A stretch of DNA of 64,000 bases from Macrostomum lignano. Its lineage: Eukaryota. Positions 35,814 through 56,760 of this stretch are shown here, one piece after another. Positions within the stretch are counted from its first letter, which is position 1, and every line of letters begins with the position of its first letter. The notes beneath the pieces are model-generated. The model was not told the origin of the DNA, did no database searches, and saw only the letters and a list, made by a program, of their open reading frames with translations. The translations under genes and the position numbers were made by a program. The stretch is taken from contig NIVC01003106.1 of assembly GCA_002269645.1 (NCBI GenBank), positions 1 to 64,000 on the forward strand. Direction: 5' to 3'.

Positions 35814-38737
35814 TGTTACGCCCCTTCCCGGGTTCTTGTACGATGTACCTAAAATTTGAACTCGCTGCTCCGGAAGTAGCTAGATAGTACCGTTGTACTA
35901 CATGTACCTATCGATTTGCCTGAAAAGAATCTAAAACGTTAGCCTCAGTTTTGGTAGGGTTGCTTCCACCTTGAGGCCGGCCTTCACGAGCAGCTCCGTC
36001 AGCGCGCTGATGCTTTCGTCACTGATGAAGCCCAGATGATCGACTTGGGTCGTCGCATCAGCTTGCTGAGGCCTGGCCCGGATGGTGGCGCTGATGGCTT
36101 CGGCCAGCTCGGTTTGACTGAAGAGCCTAGGAGGCAACAGAACTGGCGAAGGGCGGCGAAAGCGTAGCAACGGAGGCGTAGGTGGCGTCGGATAGTCGTC
36201 CAAGTTGACGGCGTCAGGCTGCGGCGGCGGCGTCAGAACGCCTAGGTGGAGAGCTGGCGGCGACTGAGCAGGAGGCGGCGTTCGCAGCGTGTCCACCCTC
36301 GGGTCTAAAAGGTCCGCTGGGTGCGCTTCTCGTGGGGCCTGCGCGCCTGGAGCGAACAACTCCTGGATCGGCGGCAGCAGCTCTTCGCTAGGTTCCTCAG
36401 TGAGCTGGACACGCTGCCAATCAGGTCGAAGAAGTTGCCACTCCCTTGCAGTTGCTGCTGAACAGGCGAGCTGTGCGCAGCTGGTTCGCGGGTCGGCTGC
36501 GCCGGTGGCGATTGTGGCAAAGCGGACGAGCCATGGATCGGCTGCTCCGGCAACGGTTTCTGCGGGGCTGCGGCTCCTCGAGCTTCCTCTGCGGCCGGTA
36601 GCCGAGCCTCTGCTGTGATTGCCATGGGCGGGTCCAAACGGAGCCGGATGGCAGCCGCTCGTTCTCTAGCGACAGCTAGTCGGTCACTTAGCTGAGGTGG
36701 CTGCAAAGGTGCGAGTCGGCGCACTTTTATATAAGGGTCTAGCCGGCCGCTAACTAGAACCTTACATATGATTAATAATAATTCAAAAGAGGTAGAATAT
36801 GCTTGGATGCTATTTTCCGATTAACCATATAATTATATTTAATACTGCATTTTTAATGTTTGTATAAATAAGTAAGCAAATAAGCGAGCTACAAGCAGGA
36901 AGAATAAGTCTGAGACACTTCGGTATAATTAAGCTACTCGAATACTCTTATTAATCTATTATATACGTATAATAGATGAATAATGGATATATCTTACGCC
37001 TATCTACTTGGTCTGAGACCAATATGCTAATATTCAGAAATCTATACTCATGGCAGTGCTCAGTTTTACCCTCCGTTCACAGCTGGTTTCTGCAGAAGCG
37101 ATCGGCACGATTTGGCTAACTAGTTGTTTAAGCAATTCAATAGTTAGTATAGAGAGAGTGAAAAGAGTAAAGATTTAGACATTTAACCCCTCGCTTATTT
37201 ATAGTAAATTTCCCCGAAGAAGTCCCTGTGAAACTGTCTGTGTTATCACTTCCCACGTCTTCCAGTCATCGTCGCAATTCGATTCCGGCCGATTCTCACG
37301 GTCTCCCTGTCTCGTTCGACTTCTGAAATGTCTCTGTTTAAAAATGCAATTGAACCCCACCCCACATAAAGGCATACAACCCCTTTAAAGTGGAAGCAGA
37401 CTTTTAGGGCGGCCTGCACTCGCCCTTTGCAATGCCGTCCTCGAGCGCTTGTGCCTTTTTTAAGAGTGCAGCTGTCCACAACTGCTACACTCCACCACGC
37501 TCTGATAACAGTGCAATTCCCTAATTTCTAACCTAAACCTAAGTCCTATTCCTAATAGTTCCTACGATAGTCCCTAAATGACAGTTGATTAGCATCCATA
37601 TACTCTATACTTGCATCCCCCAGGGGATGCGCATCCCAGCGGCTGCGTCGCATGCGAGCCGGGTCCTGGTTCGGAGCCGGGATGACACGGATCCTGCGAG
37701 CTGGCGGGGCGGGTCGCGTGCGTTTGCGCCCACGGGCCGGCGAAAACGTCCTGGAGGGCTCGCGATCGCGACGCTTACTGTTCTCTTTGCCGGTTATGTT
37801 GGTTTTAGTTTTGCTTTTCAGCTCTGGAACAGACACGAGGCCGGCAAAATAAGTTAATTAAGCGGCTCAAGTGGGATTTTGACTTTGGTTTGAGAACCAA
37901 ACGGTCAGGTTCCTTTCGAGCCCTTACTGGCCTGTCATTGACGGCCCATTCAACTTGACTGGTGGATGGCACATTGGCCGACAAAACAAGACTATGACAT
38001 TGATTTATCGTATCAGTCTATAAGATAATCCTATCGCTATTTCTACTTTCAGTTCGCCTCAGCGTTTTAACTGTAGGAGCGGATGGAGCGTCGCAAGAAT
38101 CATACGGCAGTGACTCAAGCTCTACTCTCCTCTCCATGACTTCTGGTTCGTGGATACGGACTTCAGTTGGGCGCGCGCCTGGATGAGCAGCTGATCTGAG
38201 TCGCCAGCGGTAGGCGCGTCTCGTGTCCAGGTCGTCTTCCTCTTCGTCAGAGTCCTCAGAGATGGCGGGGAGTGTCACAGCTCCTGTCGAAATCGGCGTT
38301 GATGCTTCGGGTCCGCTGCTGGTCCTTCAAGATCTGAAATAGGATAGTCTGAAGTGGGCACAAGATGGAGGTTCTGGCGATAAACTACCATCGCGTCCGT
38401 CCGGCGACCGGAGCTGCTTTCTGCCTCCGAGCTCTCCTCTCTCATTTCAGGTTTTTAGGTTCGAGCAGCATCTACTACAACGATCAACTGTCCAGACATT
38501 TTCAGATTCGCCTTGCTCCGAGCGACTTCGTTATTTTATTTCAGGTTACGGATAGACAACTCTGCCGACGCGTCGAGTCCGCAAACCAAGGTGGCAGCAA
38601 CCCTACCGAGACTAAGGCTAACGTTTTAGGTTCCTTTCAGGCAAATCGATAGGTAGTAAAACGGTACTATCTAGCTATTTCCGGAGCAGCGAGTTCAATT
38701 TAGGTACATCATCAAGAACTCGGGAAGGAGCGTAACA
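35814..38737. mobile_element. 2.9-kb element with ~155-bp terminal inverted repeats (TGTTACG...CGTAACA), Ginger-like termini, no recognisable transposase
   Basis: 35814-35973 is the reverse complement of 38587-38737, with scattered mismatches and small indels. Flanks CTGC / ATGC form a 4-bp TSD with one mismatch. Internal Pro-rich ORFs on - at 36724-35931. Confidence 0.8.
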
Positions 38738-38993
38738 ATGCAAACAAAGTGACTGAGCGAAGTTATGCAAACGAACCCCACACAGTTACCTAGCTCACGA
38801 ACCAATCAACTGTCACTTCATCTCCCTCCCTTCGAGTCGAGCTGGTGGCAGGCCTCTTGTCGAACGGATAGCGAGGCAGCTTCACCGGCGAGGGGCCGGC
38901 AGTGCTCTCAGTCATCGGCTTCGGCCGATGCAGCTCGGTTGGCTCCCCGCCTTGCAGTCCGATGGCTCACAAACCAATCAACTGTCACTTCAA

Positions 38994-39260
38994 TTGTCAC
39001 ACAACCGGCGAGAGGCATTACTGCCCATTACGCCGACGCCCCTGAGCAGGCACACAAGCGCGCGGATACGTACGCAGTCATACGCACAGGCACTCACTCA
39101 CACAGGAGTGTACAGCGGCCCTAACTTTATTTATCGTTAGGCATGTACACTTCACTGTGCCTTGGGGGTTGAGCCTGAATGGCGTTAATTACACGAGCAG
39201 AGCCAGGCCGAGATTCCATTTTAGCCCCCAATTTATGTGACTGCACTTGGAATCGAGCCT
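38994..39260. repeat. Interspersed repeat (inverted copy of 3238-3500)
   Basis: Reverse-complement similarity with 3238-3500. Confidence 0.8.
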
Positions 39261-39775
39261 ACGTACCTGTAATGTCGTATTCACGTAATTTTTTATTAGC
39301 AATTTTAATTGACGTAAAGCTAATGTACAATTCGAAATTTTTGATCGGGTTCAAGCAAATAATTAAAGTTATATACAAAAAAACAAAAGTGACCTTCAAG
39401 TTAACAAAAATGTTGTTTAGCAGGATTTAAAAGTCAAAGGTAATTCTTTTATTTATAAAAAAATAAAAACTTCAACAGCATGTAGACTAAATTCTAACTA
39501 AACATTCGCATTAAAATCATATCTATTCAATAGTCCAGAATACATGTACTATTCAGTTCTCTAGACTGAGCGAAAGCAATTATTTACTTTGAAAAAAATT
39601 AAAAATAAATATTAAAACTACTCTAAAATGTCGTCAAAATACTCGGCATACAGCTTCCTAAGTCTCCCAGCTGTTGAAAGCTGGCGTTACTTTAGAAGCC
39701 TTAAAGCCCATTTCCCAGAAAGTTTACCGTAAGAAAGGTCACATGTGAATACAGCAATTAGCTACTTGAGCTCCG

Positions 39776-40921
39776 TCACAGGATTTCAAAGATACTGTTA
39801 TATATCGAACCGCCGCACCTCTGCTTCTCGTTGTCCTCGCAGGGTATTGAACACATTTTTTCATCGGCCTTGCCGTGCTTGCCGTAGGTCGATCCGCACC
39901 AGCAGTGCATTCCGTTTTGGACGCCGAAATATTTCAGGCCGAGCCGCTTGCACATCTTATGGCACTTCTCCTGGCTCATGATGATGCTGGACACCAGCTG
40001 GGTGAGGTCGCGGTTCTTAGGATTGTCTTTGTAGCAGCCAAGAGCTTCTGCATTGAGAGAATGCGAGATCTTGGTTCAGCATGTGGGAGGCTGAATCAGC
40101 AACTGAGGATCTGGGAGGCTGGCCCAGCAACTGAGGATCTGGGAGGCTGGCCCAGCAACTGAGGATCTGGGAGGCTGGCCCAGCAACTGAGGATCTGGGA
40201 GGCTGGCCCAGCAACTGAGCATCTGGGAGGCTGTGGCCCAGCAAATGAGAGTCGCTGATTTGCGTACCACATGTAGCTGGCAAATATATAAAAAAGACCA
40301 CGACTTCATCCTTGCTTTTCTTTTAGGTGATTTTGTACATCGATAATGCATACTAACTTACTGAATTTCTCGACATTTGGAAACTCCATGGGGTAGCCAA
40401 TTATTTGAAGCTCACAGATTGAAATGGCTTGATTTTTCTTGCTTTTGATGCGCACTCGATCGCCAAAGAACTTGCAATCAAAACTCATTGCATCTTCTGG
40501 TTCGCCGTCATATGATGAGCAGACTCGATTGTTGAGTGTCACAGTGATGTTAGTGAGGCTGTCTTTGCAGCAGTCTAGCCGGTTGTAAACTCTGACTTCA
40601 GTGACCAGAGATGGAGTCCAAAGTTTGGCCTCCAACCAGGGTGTAAATTCATCGGAGGTCATTGCGCAAGGATTCGCATTGTGGTCGCCTTGTGCGTTGC
40701 CGTCGAACGCATTCTGGCAATATCCATTGCCGCCAACACTGCTCTGCTGGCAGGAATGAACTAACAAAGCGCTGCAAAGAAAGCCAAATATGAAATGCAA
40801 TTAGTTGTCTGTCTGTCTGTCTTAGTGTCTGTCTGTCTATCTGTCTGTCTGTCTATCTGTCTGTCTGTCTATCTGTCTGTCTGTCTATCTGTCTGTCTGT
40901 CTGTCTGTCTCTCTGTCTTAG

Positions 40922-40986
<65 letters not shown>

Positions 40987-42632
40987 GTCTGTCCGTCTAG
41001 CTTCAGACAAAAAAGTTTTTTACTACCTAGTGTTATTATATTATTATTCAATAATAAAATAGTTAGTACTTGTCGTATGATGGATGACATACAGCGTGCC
41101 CTAAAGATTGAAATTTGTACACGTCATGCTTACTAAGGATCCTTAAGAATGGCTGGAAATTTTACTGGCGCACCAAATACTTCAATGTCGCATAACGTCA
41201 ACACGGCGTTGTCTCTGTTGCTCTGGATGGTGATCTGGTCCGCAATGACGTCGCAAGGAAACGAACGTTTTATAAAGGACTCGTCACTCTCGAAGCGAAA
41301 GCAGATGTCGTCACCCGCCATGATGGTGATTCCTCGAAGTGCATCCGGATAAGATCGATAGGTCTGGTCGATATTGAGCACCGTGATCTTGGATATGTAG
41401 GCCGGCGTCTCGAGGATGCCCATCCACCAGGGCTTGTGCTGCTGTTCTGTCACGGCGCACTGAGTTGGCTCTTGGCTGTAGCTCTCGTCTATGGCGTAGA
41501 TGCAGGTGAACCGTCGAGTGCTCTGCTCACAGTTGCCAAGGTACAATCGACCTGAACGGGTTCAAGCAGGGCCAGTGTTATAATTTGAGACCTCTTCTTT
41601 GATCTCTGTTGTCTGTTCGGCATGACAACATAAGAAAGTGTCTTTTTCAATTTGCATAGATCGATAATGATAGACATAATGTAGTTCAAGGTTTCTAGAT
41701 TTTGAAAAATCGGAAAAATTAAAAATTCTATCGACGTCGCTGACAAATATGTACTTTTAAATTACATCGACGGAAAACGACGTCATACGTCGGTGCAATG
41801 TAAAAGTACTAACTAAAAGTCTAACATTATCTGACGTCCCCGACTTGTAAGAGCCGTTGCGCACTCCAGCTAAGAGTCCGCATCACCTGCGTGAGCGCGA
41901 CTCCCCACACGGCACAAGGACGACTTAAGGGCATTCTTTCGTTTCACGATACCGAAATTCTAAAAATTCTACTCGTTATTAGAGCACGATCCTTATATTC
42001 ACTTTCGTTATACGATACCCTAAATGGAGAATTTGTTAATATGCATCGTGAAACGAAAATGAGGGGGGGTGGCGTGTGTAAAGAAACGAAATGCCCTGAA
42101 AATAAAAAACCCGAGGTTATATCAGACAACAATTTGTAGAACAAGATCCTTATAACTTTTTACTTTTATTTACGATGCCTGTAATTAGAGATGGCCCCTC
42201 AAATTGGTCAAACATAGGATTGAAGACATCTTTTTAATCGGGCAGATTTTCTGCGAATGACGGGATTAAAACGGCGATAATTTTTAAATTTAATTGGAAG
42301 CAAGAGAGCTGATTTTATCTGGTTCAGCGCATGCTTTATGTTTTATTGTTGTATTGACTGCTGCAAGGCTCCGTAAAACAAAAGTTTCATATACTCGTAT
42401 ATTACGAATATTTTATGACTTTGAATATATCGAAAATCACATGGTACATGTGGAAATTGCTGAATACAATTAACGAAGCAAATAGATCTCTCTTACCTTC
42501 TGTTTGGCCCAGCATTGAGATGAATTCTTGCCGACTTCGATAGATTTTCAAGGCAGCAGCCGATTGGCAGGTGAAAATTAAAATCAGCAACAGAGTTAGC
42601 AATAGCGGCAATAGATGAGACTCTCTGCCCAT
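39776..42632 (-). CDS. Secreted F-type lectin (x2)-WSC domain protein, copy 3 (more diverged)
   Basis: Exons 42632-42497 ([27 protein letters not shown]; an in-frame ATG also exists at 42692), 41551-41134, 40771-40362, 40047-39776. Same intron positions, phases and intronic repeats as copies 1 and 2. Confidence 0.88.
40090..40250. repeat. 28-bp minisatellite (~6 copies), lectin copy 3 intron 3
   Basis: Unit ggatctgggaggctggcccagcaactga. Confidence 0.9.
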
Positions 42633-42972
42633 GGTTAACTGATCATTATTTATACTCAAAAACTTTATTATAACAGCTTCTTTCCGACTCATCTGCGTAA
42701 AACGATAGTAACAAGTTAACAACATCTTTAAACCGTAAATTATGTCTATGGCCTAATGTGATTCAAGGTTATTAATTGCAATAAATGTCTTACATCTTTA
42801 TTGTTGCATATTGCAATTACTCGTATATATAAAATACGATTGCTTATTTAATCGTTAAAAAAATGTACTATTCTGAGCCGGGAATGTGTTGTCTGTGGTA
42901 ATTTTTAACAAAAACTAGGATATTATATCATATAATCTCCTCGAAATCAGGAGCAATCGAATTTAATATATG

Positions 42973-43080
42973 ATAAACGCCGTTTAGTTCATCGGCGTTA
43001 CGCTCGCTACGCTCGCCTCGAGACCATTAAACGCAGCCTCGGACATTCTAACCACAGAATGTGAATTAAACGGCGTTTAT
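42973..43080. mobile_element. Short MITE-like element
   Basis: 19-bp inverted repeats ataaacgccgttta(g/a)ttca at 42973-42991 and 43062-43080 (18/19 match). Confidence 0.6.
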
Positions 43081-44409
43081 TATTTACGTAATCATTACGT
43101 CATTTAAAAATTGTTTCCAAAAATACGCGCATTAATAAGTACTAGTCTTACGTTGGTTTGCTTTTTATGTTTACATGCAAGCTTCCACCCTCAGAAATCC
43201 ATGCCGGGCTACTTTCGTATGGGGCATATTTGGGTATGAAAAACAATTTGATGCTTGATAAGATTTTTCGGTTTTGGCCACAAACAATAGCTTTAGTAAG
43301 TACAAGGGCCCGCTTACTATGACATTAAAATCGCTATGTATGGAACTTTGTTTAAAGCTAATAGACCCTGGGTGTCATCTAAAACTTCACTCAAGGTTTA
43401 CACGCATGTCGTCCCTTCTGTCTCCTCTCCCCTCTCATCTCTTCGCTAAAAAAAGATCACGGACTGTTCTGTCATCTTCAACATATTCTTTTTTGTTATT
43501 AAAGTTTTGGTCAGTAAATTAGTACTGTTAGTAGTTTATAAAATAAAATTTTCCTTTCATTTATTTTTTAACATGTAAAATGCATGTAATATTGTAATAT
43601 AGTAATAATACAGTACTATTAACACTTATTTTTATAACACTGACCCCTGGACACACGCAGAACTTTCAACAATACTTTTTTTGAATTCAACAAACTTTAG
43701 AAATAAAAGTTTGCGCTGTGAATTGAAGACTGTATTTCTGTTGATTTGAGTCGAATTAATATTTATTTTAAATGTTTATCGATTTTTTCGAAAGAATAAA
43801 GCTTCTCATTTATAAGTAGATGAAAAAACAGCCCAGAATCGCACAAGCACAGAGAAATCAACTAAGAGGAAAAACAGGAAAAAACATTTTTTGTCTAAAG
43901 AGTCCCAAAACTGCGTTTGTTGTAATTACAAAATACACGACAAAGAATAATTTTGTTAAAACGAACTCCGTGGAATGAGTCACCATTAAACACAATGTCA
44001 AAATTATGAATGCAACACTTGCTGTTATTAGTAGTAGTAGTAACTGATTAATTTGTTTATTACAAAAATGTGTACACACAAAAATATTAAAAGAAGGTAA
44101 GTGTGGCGGCTCTGCGGCACTCAGTCACTGGGTGTTATAAAATTAATTAATAAAACCTAGACAAAAGTACGACAATTGTTTAAACTATTTGCTCGTTGTC
44201 TGATGTAAAATTTAATACGTCGATAGTAATAACAAGGTCTGCTACGAATAGATACTAAAAAACTATTTTTAGTGATGAAGAAGAAGAAAGTAAAACACAC
44301 AAGAAGTCGATTTTGCTGGCCAATGAGAATAGAGATTCGAAAACCTTATTTACGTACTGTAATTATTTTCAGTTACAATATAGCTGAAAGCATATTTCCT
44401 AGAAACAGA

Positions 44410-44930
44410 TTATAACTGGGGCTCTCTATAAGATTACACTCAGCAATGGGGCCTTCTACCACATTACACTGGGAAATGGGGCTTTCTAACACATTACACT
44501 GGGCAATGGGGCTCTACACTGGACAATGAGGCTTTCTACTACATTTAACTGCGCAATGGGGCTCTCTACCACACTATACCAGGGGATGAGGCTCTCTACC
44601 ACATTACACTGAGCAATGGGGCTCTCTACCACACTATACCAGGGGATGGGGCTCTCTACCACATTACACTGGGCAATGGGGCTCTCTATCATAATACACT
44701 GGGAAATGGGGCTCTCTACCACACTATACCAGGGGATGGGGCTCTCTACAACATTACACTGGGCAATGGGGCTCTCTACTACATTATACCATGGAATGGG
44801 GCTCTCTACCACATTACACTGGGCAATAGGGCTCTTTAACACTTTACAGTGGGCAATGGGGCTCCCTACCACGATAGATTGAGAACTGATGCTCTGTGCC
44901 ACATTACACCGAGCACTGGGGAGCTCTAAT
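44410..44930. repeat. 30-bp minisatellite (~17 copies)
   Basis: Unit acattacactgggcaatggggctctctacc and variants. Confidence 0.92.
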
Positions 44931-45715
44931 ATATATAGAAAGTGAAAACTTCACTACTACAAGTTCTTTTTTTCAATAATTTTCGTTAGTGGTATTAAGA
45001 TTAGTTTTTTAAATATTCATCATTTATACACTAAACATTTCGAAATCCTTTGAGACTTTTTTCACGATAAATCTGTAGATTATAAAAAACATTAGTAAAC
45101 AATTTTCATTTACACCTTACAAGAAACAAAAACAGATTTAAAAAACTGAAAGAGGATGCAAAACCAAATAATGATGTACTGTACAATGATTGATATGTAG
45201 TCAGGCGAAAAAATAATGTATGCGTATGCATATATACTGGTCTCTATAACCGTTATAATGTGAACATTTAACAATGATACACAGCGTTGTGGCATGAAAT
45301 GTAAATAACAGTTTATTATGTATCGTATTCAAATTTTTCATACCAATCTATTAATTTCTCTTTGGCTGCAAATTTAATTTTTTTAAAAACCAAGCTGAAA
45401 TTTGACGTGAAGCTTGAGGTGCGGTACACACCCATCGAAACGACTGTAAAAGGACGAGATGTCACGGTAACTACTCGCTAAAGAGTCACCAGAGTCAATT
45501 TGAGGCGCATTTCACCTATATATATAGCAACTCTGGCTTAGTGGAAAGTGACTTTTGACGACTGTATTGCGACTCTTTCACGAATCTGCAACTCACTTGA
45601 TGCCTCTCCATCGAACACAATATTATAACCCAGTTTAAACAAAAAGAAACAATATTCACACAATTTATACACACATCAATAAAAATTCGCTGAAATGATA
45701 GAAACCAAACACAGT

Positions 45716-53857
<8,142 letters not shown>

Positions 53858-54099
53858 GTCGCTGCTATCTCTGACAAATCTATATTTAAATAGCTAGCAC
53901 CTTGAGTAAACCAACTATCTTTAAAAAATATCAACTATTTTATCAATCGTGTGTGCGTTTTGAGTTCAATAATTCAACATAAAATTGTTAGCAGGCAGTG
54001 AAGCAAATTATTTTTTAGAAGCCATCAATACTATATAATTGTACATGCATAGCCTTAACAATGATTTAACACTTGAATAATTACTTAAGTTAAAATAAA

Positions 54100-55400
54100 A
54101 ACATTTGTACATAGTCTAAAATAACAAAAATGTACTTGGCTGATAACTCTTAGAATATAAAATCAAAACCCCTATTTTTAGCCAAGTATCACTTTAGAAG
54201 ATGTGCATCTAGTTAGTAGAAGCTTAAGGATATTCAATGTTGAGTTATAATATCAAATAAAAAATATCTGCCTTAAAAACTGGTGTATTCATTTTTTTCT
54301 TTTATCTCTTTGTTTATTAAGTTTTCCCCTGTCTTTAATATCCCACTGCTGCCACCAAGTTGTAATAGCACTTTTCCTCTTCTTGATAACAATTTTATGA
54401 ATCGCATTGATGCTATCAGGTTGTAGTAGGTGTTAAGCTTCTGCTTCTAGAAGAATTTTGCTGCAAACACCAAAGTTGTGCTAGTGGTTAGGTCTATCCT
54501 CTGAATTGATCCTACTGATTAGCTACTGAAGTTGATACAGGGGTATTAATATGTCAGTCTTGTTTCTTAAAATTTCTTTGTAACACATAATTTTAGTACA
54601 TCTCTGGTAGCATTTTTAGTGTTCTGCCATAAGGAGGGTCCATGTACCATAGCCGTAGCCATAAGCAAAACTACGGGTTATTCCAAATCTCCATATTCTG
54701 TAGCCGCAGGGACTCCGAAATTTTTAAATCAAGAAGATAAACTAGTGCTTAAACAACTGCAAATAAGGTTAGAAAATAAAAGAAACATTTGATTGCCTTT
54801 GTAAGATTATATTTTCTTTTTTTATAGAGCAACAATACTTAATCGCTACTAAAAGTACTAATGCTAAACTTTTTCACATTAATAAAAATTAGAGTTTGCT
54901 AGTATTTTGTTGTACTTTATTAGGTATATTCTATAAGTTTCTAAGTTGATAATATAGTTTACTAAAGTAAATTTGTTTTACTCTACCTGTTTCTAGTATT
55001 TTTTTCAATTTTTTAAAATAATAACTATGGCTATGTCCTAACTATGTCTAGGAATCTATAGAATGTGACAGCAACTACCATATTCTTATAGTCATAGCCA
55101 TAAGAGCAGCTAGCTACTGTAGGCATATCTGTAGCTGCCGTAAGCACCTATTTTACCATATTTGCCATAGGATCCTATAGCTGTAGCTACAGCTATAGTG
55201 GAACACTAGCATTTTAATAATCTTGGCCTGAGCAATCGTACTAGTATCTGTACTTTCCAAATTCAGGCATTACTAAGATAAAGGGGTCACAGTAAAACTC
55301 TTAGTATTTCTCTCTGGATCTCTTCCCAATTCTCTCTCTAAGCAAACTTTTTTAAACTGTTCGTCAACTTTGACAAATGAATAACTCTTAACTTGAAAGC
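54100..55400 (-). mobile_element. Highly degraded LTR-element relic with tRNA-Leu PBS, just upstream of MRTF
   Basis: On -: TTACA-act-TGGTGGCAGCAGTGGGAT (54340-54365), a 17/18 match to the tRNA-Leu complement TGGTGGCAGCGGTGGGAT. The surrounding sequence is AT/TpA-rich and the boundaries are approximate. Confidence 0.6.
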
Positions 55401-56760
55401 TCTAAGATTGTATAGGTTGAACTGCTTGCAAATGATTGCTCACAGAATAGACTGATAGTAATGCAGTGGGCAGTTGGTTTATTTGACACTATTTATACCC
55501 ACATTTCCCCAATACAATTATAACAAAAATTATTGTACAAATTTATTTCATGTATTGAAACAAACTATTTACCATATTAAAACAAAATATTTGGTGCATC
55601 TAAACAAACTAGTTTTAAGCATCTTACATAGATTTGATTTCTTAGAAAAGATATAATATATTGTGGCAGGTGGCTGCCCCTGGTTTAAATAATATTTATT
55701 TACTCATTCAATTTAATAGACATTTATTAACTTTCAAAATTTGGTGCTTTTCCTTTTACGATAAGTGCAAGCCATTTTTTTGTTTTCCCATGTAGGGCCA
55801 AGTTACCGAAAATTTTGTCACGCACCCCATCTTGCAATGGGATATTTTAATCTCCACCCCGTGCCAACTTGCTATCCCTTCATTCCCTTTTTGCATACCA
55901 CATTTAATTGCATGTATTTTCATTACTCTGCCATCGCTGGACCAGACGGGTTTCGTATGCTTTCCTTAATCTGGTCCAGCGGCAAACTTTACGTCACGTT
56001 TACTTATAAAATGTGCATCTGTTTGTGTTTTGGTTTAACCTCCACCTCCACCTCCTCCTCCTCCTCCTCCACCTACTTTTCCCTCCATTTTGACGTGTTA
56101 GTTTAATTCGGTACTCCTTCTGCTTACTCTTTTAGTTTTATTTCATTTTAATTAATTGTCGCACCGCGGCCCACCGAAGCTCATCCTCGTCAGTAATAAT
56201 AATCTATTCATCCTGCTCAATAAATCCCAACAAATAAAGAAATAATATCGATTCAATTTATTAATACATTAATAGGTGACTTTAAGCCGTAGCCTATCTT
56301 GAATCTTTTGCCCGTGGGGCATAAAATAACCAAGTTTCCTCAGCTAAAGAAAAGCTCCGAGACTTATCCATTCCGTAATACGTAAATTACAGTGGTGGCA
56401 GCTCTACCCTACTGGAAGTAATAAGCTCAGCAAAACGACACATTAACTACGGTGCCTACATTTCCGGTGTTTTCATCGCTTTGAACGACCGGCCGCTACA
56501 CAACCACTCTGCTACGAGTATGACTACCCTCCCCCGGACTTGGGGACCCCGGCTGTTGGAGTAAAAGGAGAAGATTACGTTGTGATTCGTCTGCGCAAAA
56601 TTTCCGGCTTTACTTGTGCGAATGCAATGCTACCGGGTTTACACGAAAACCGGCCAACTTTCAACTTTGTCAATTCTTCTCCACCCCCACCTCACTGGTG
56701 TCAGCTAAGTGGGATTACGAAACGCCAAAACCCTTCAACGAGTCGTTCAAACGCTACACT

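Noticed and set aside
41761-41803. Imperfect palindrome ttacatcgacg..cgtcg..atgtaa
   Set aside because: Short, imperfect and single-copy; no further support.
43629-44142. Possible MITE with ttttataacac inverted ends
   Set aside because: Only ~11 bp of AT-rich match and no clear TSD.
44486-44902. Decapeptide-repeat protein (CNVVESPIAQ)
   Set aside because: A 30-bp minisatellite gives open frames on both strands; no start context or splice support.
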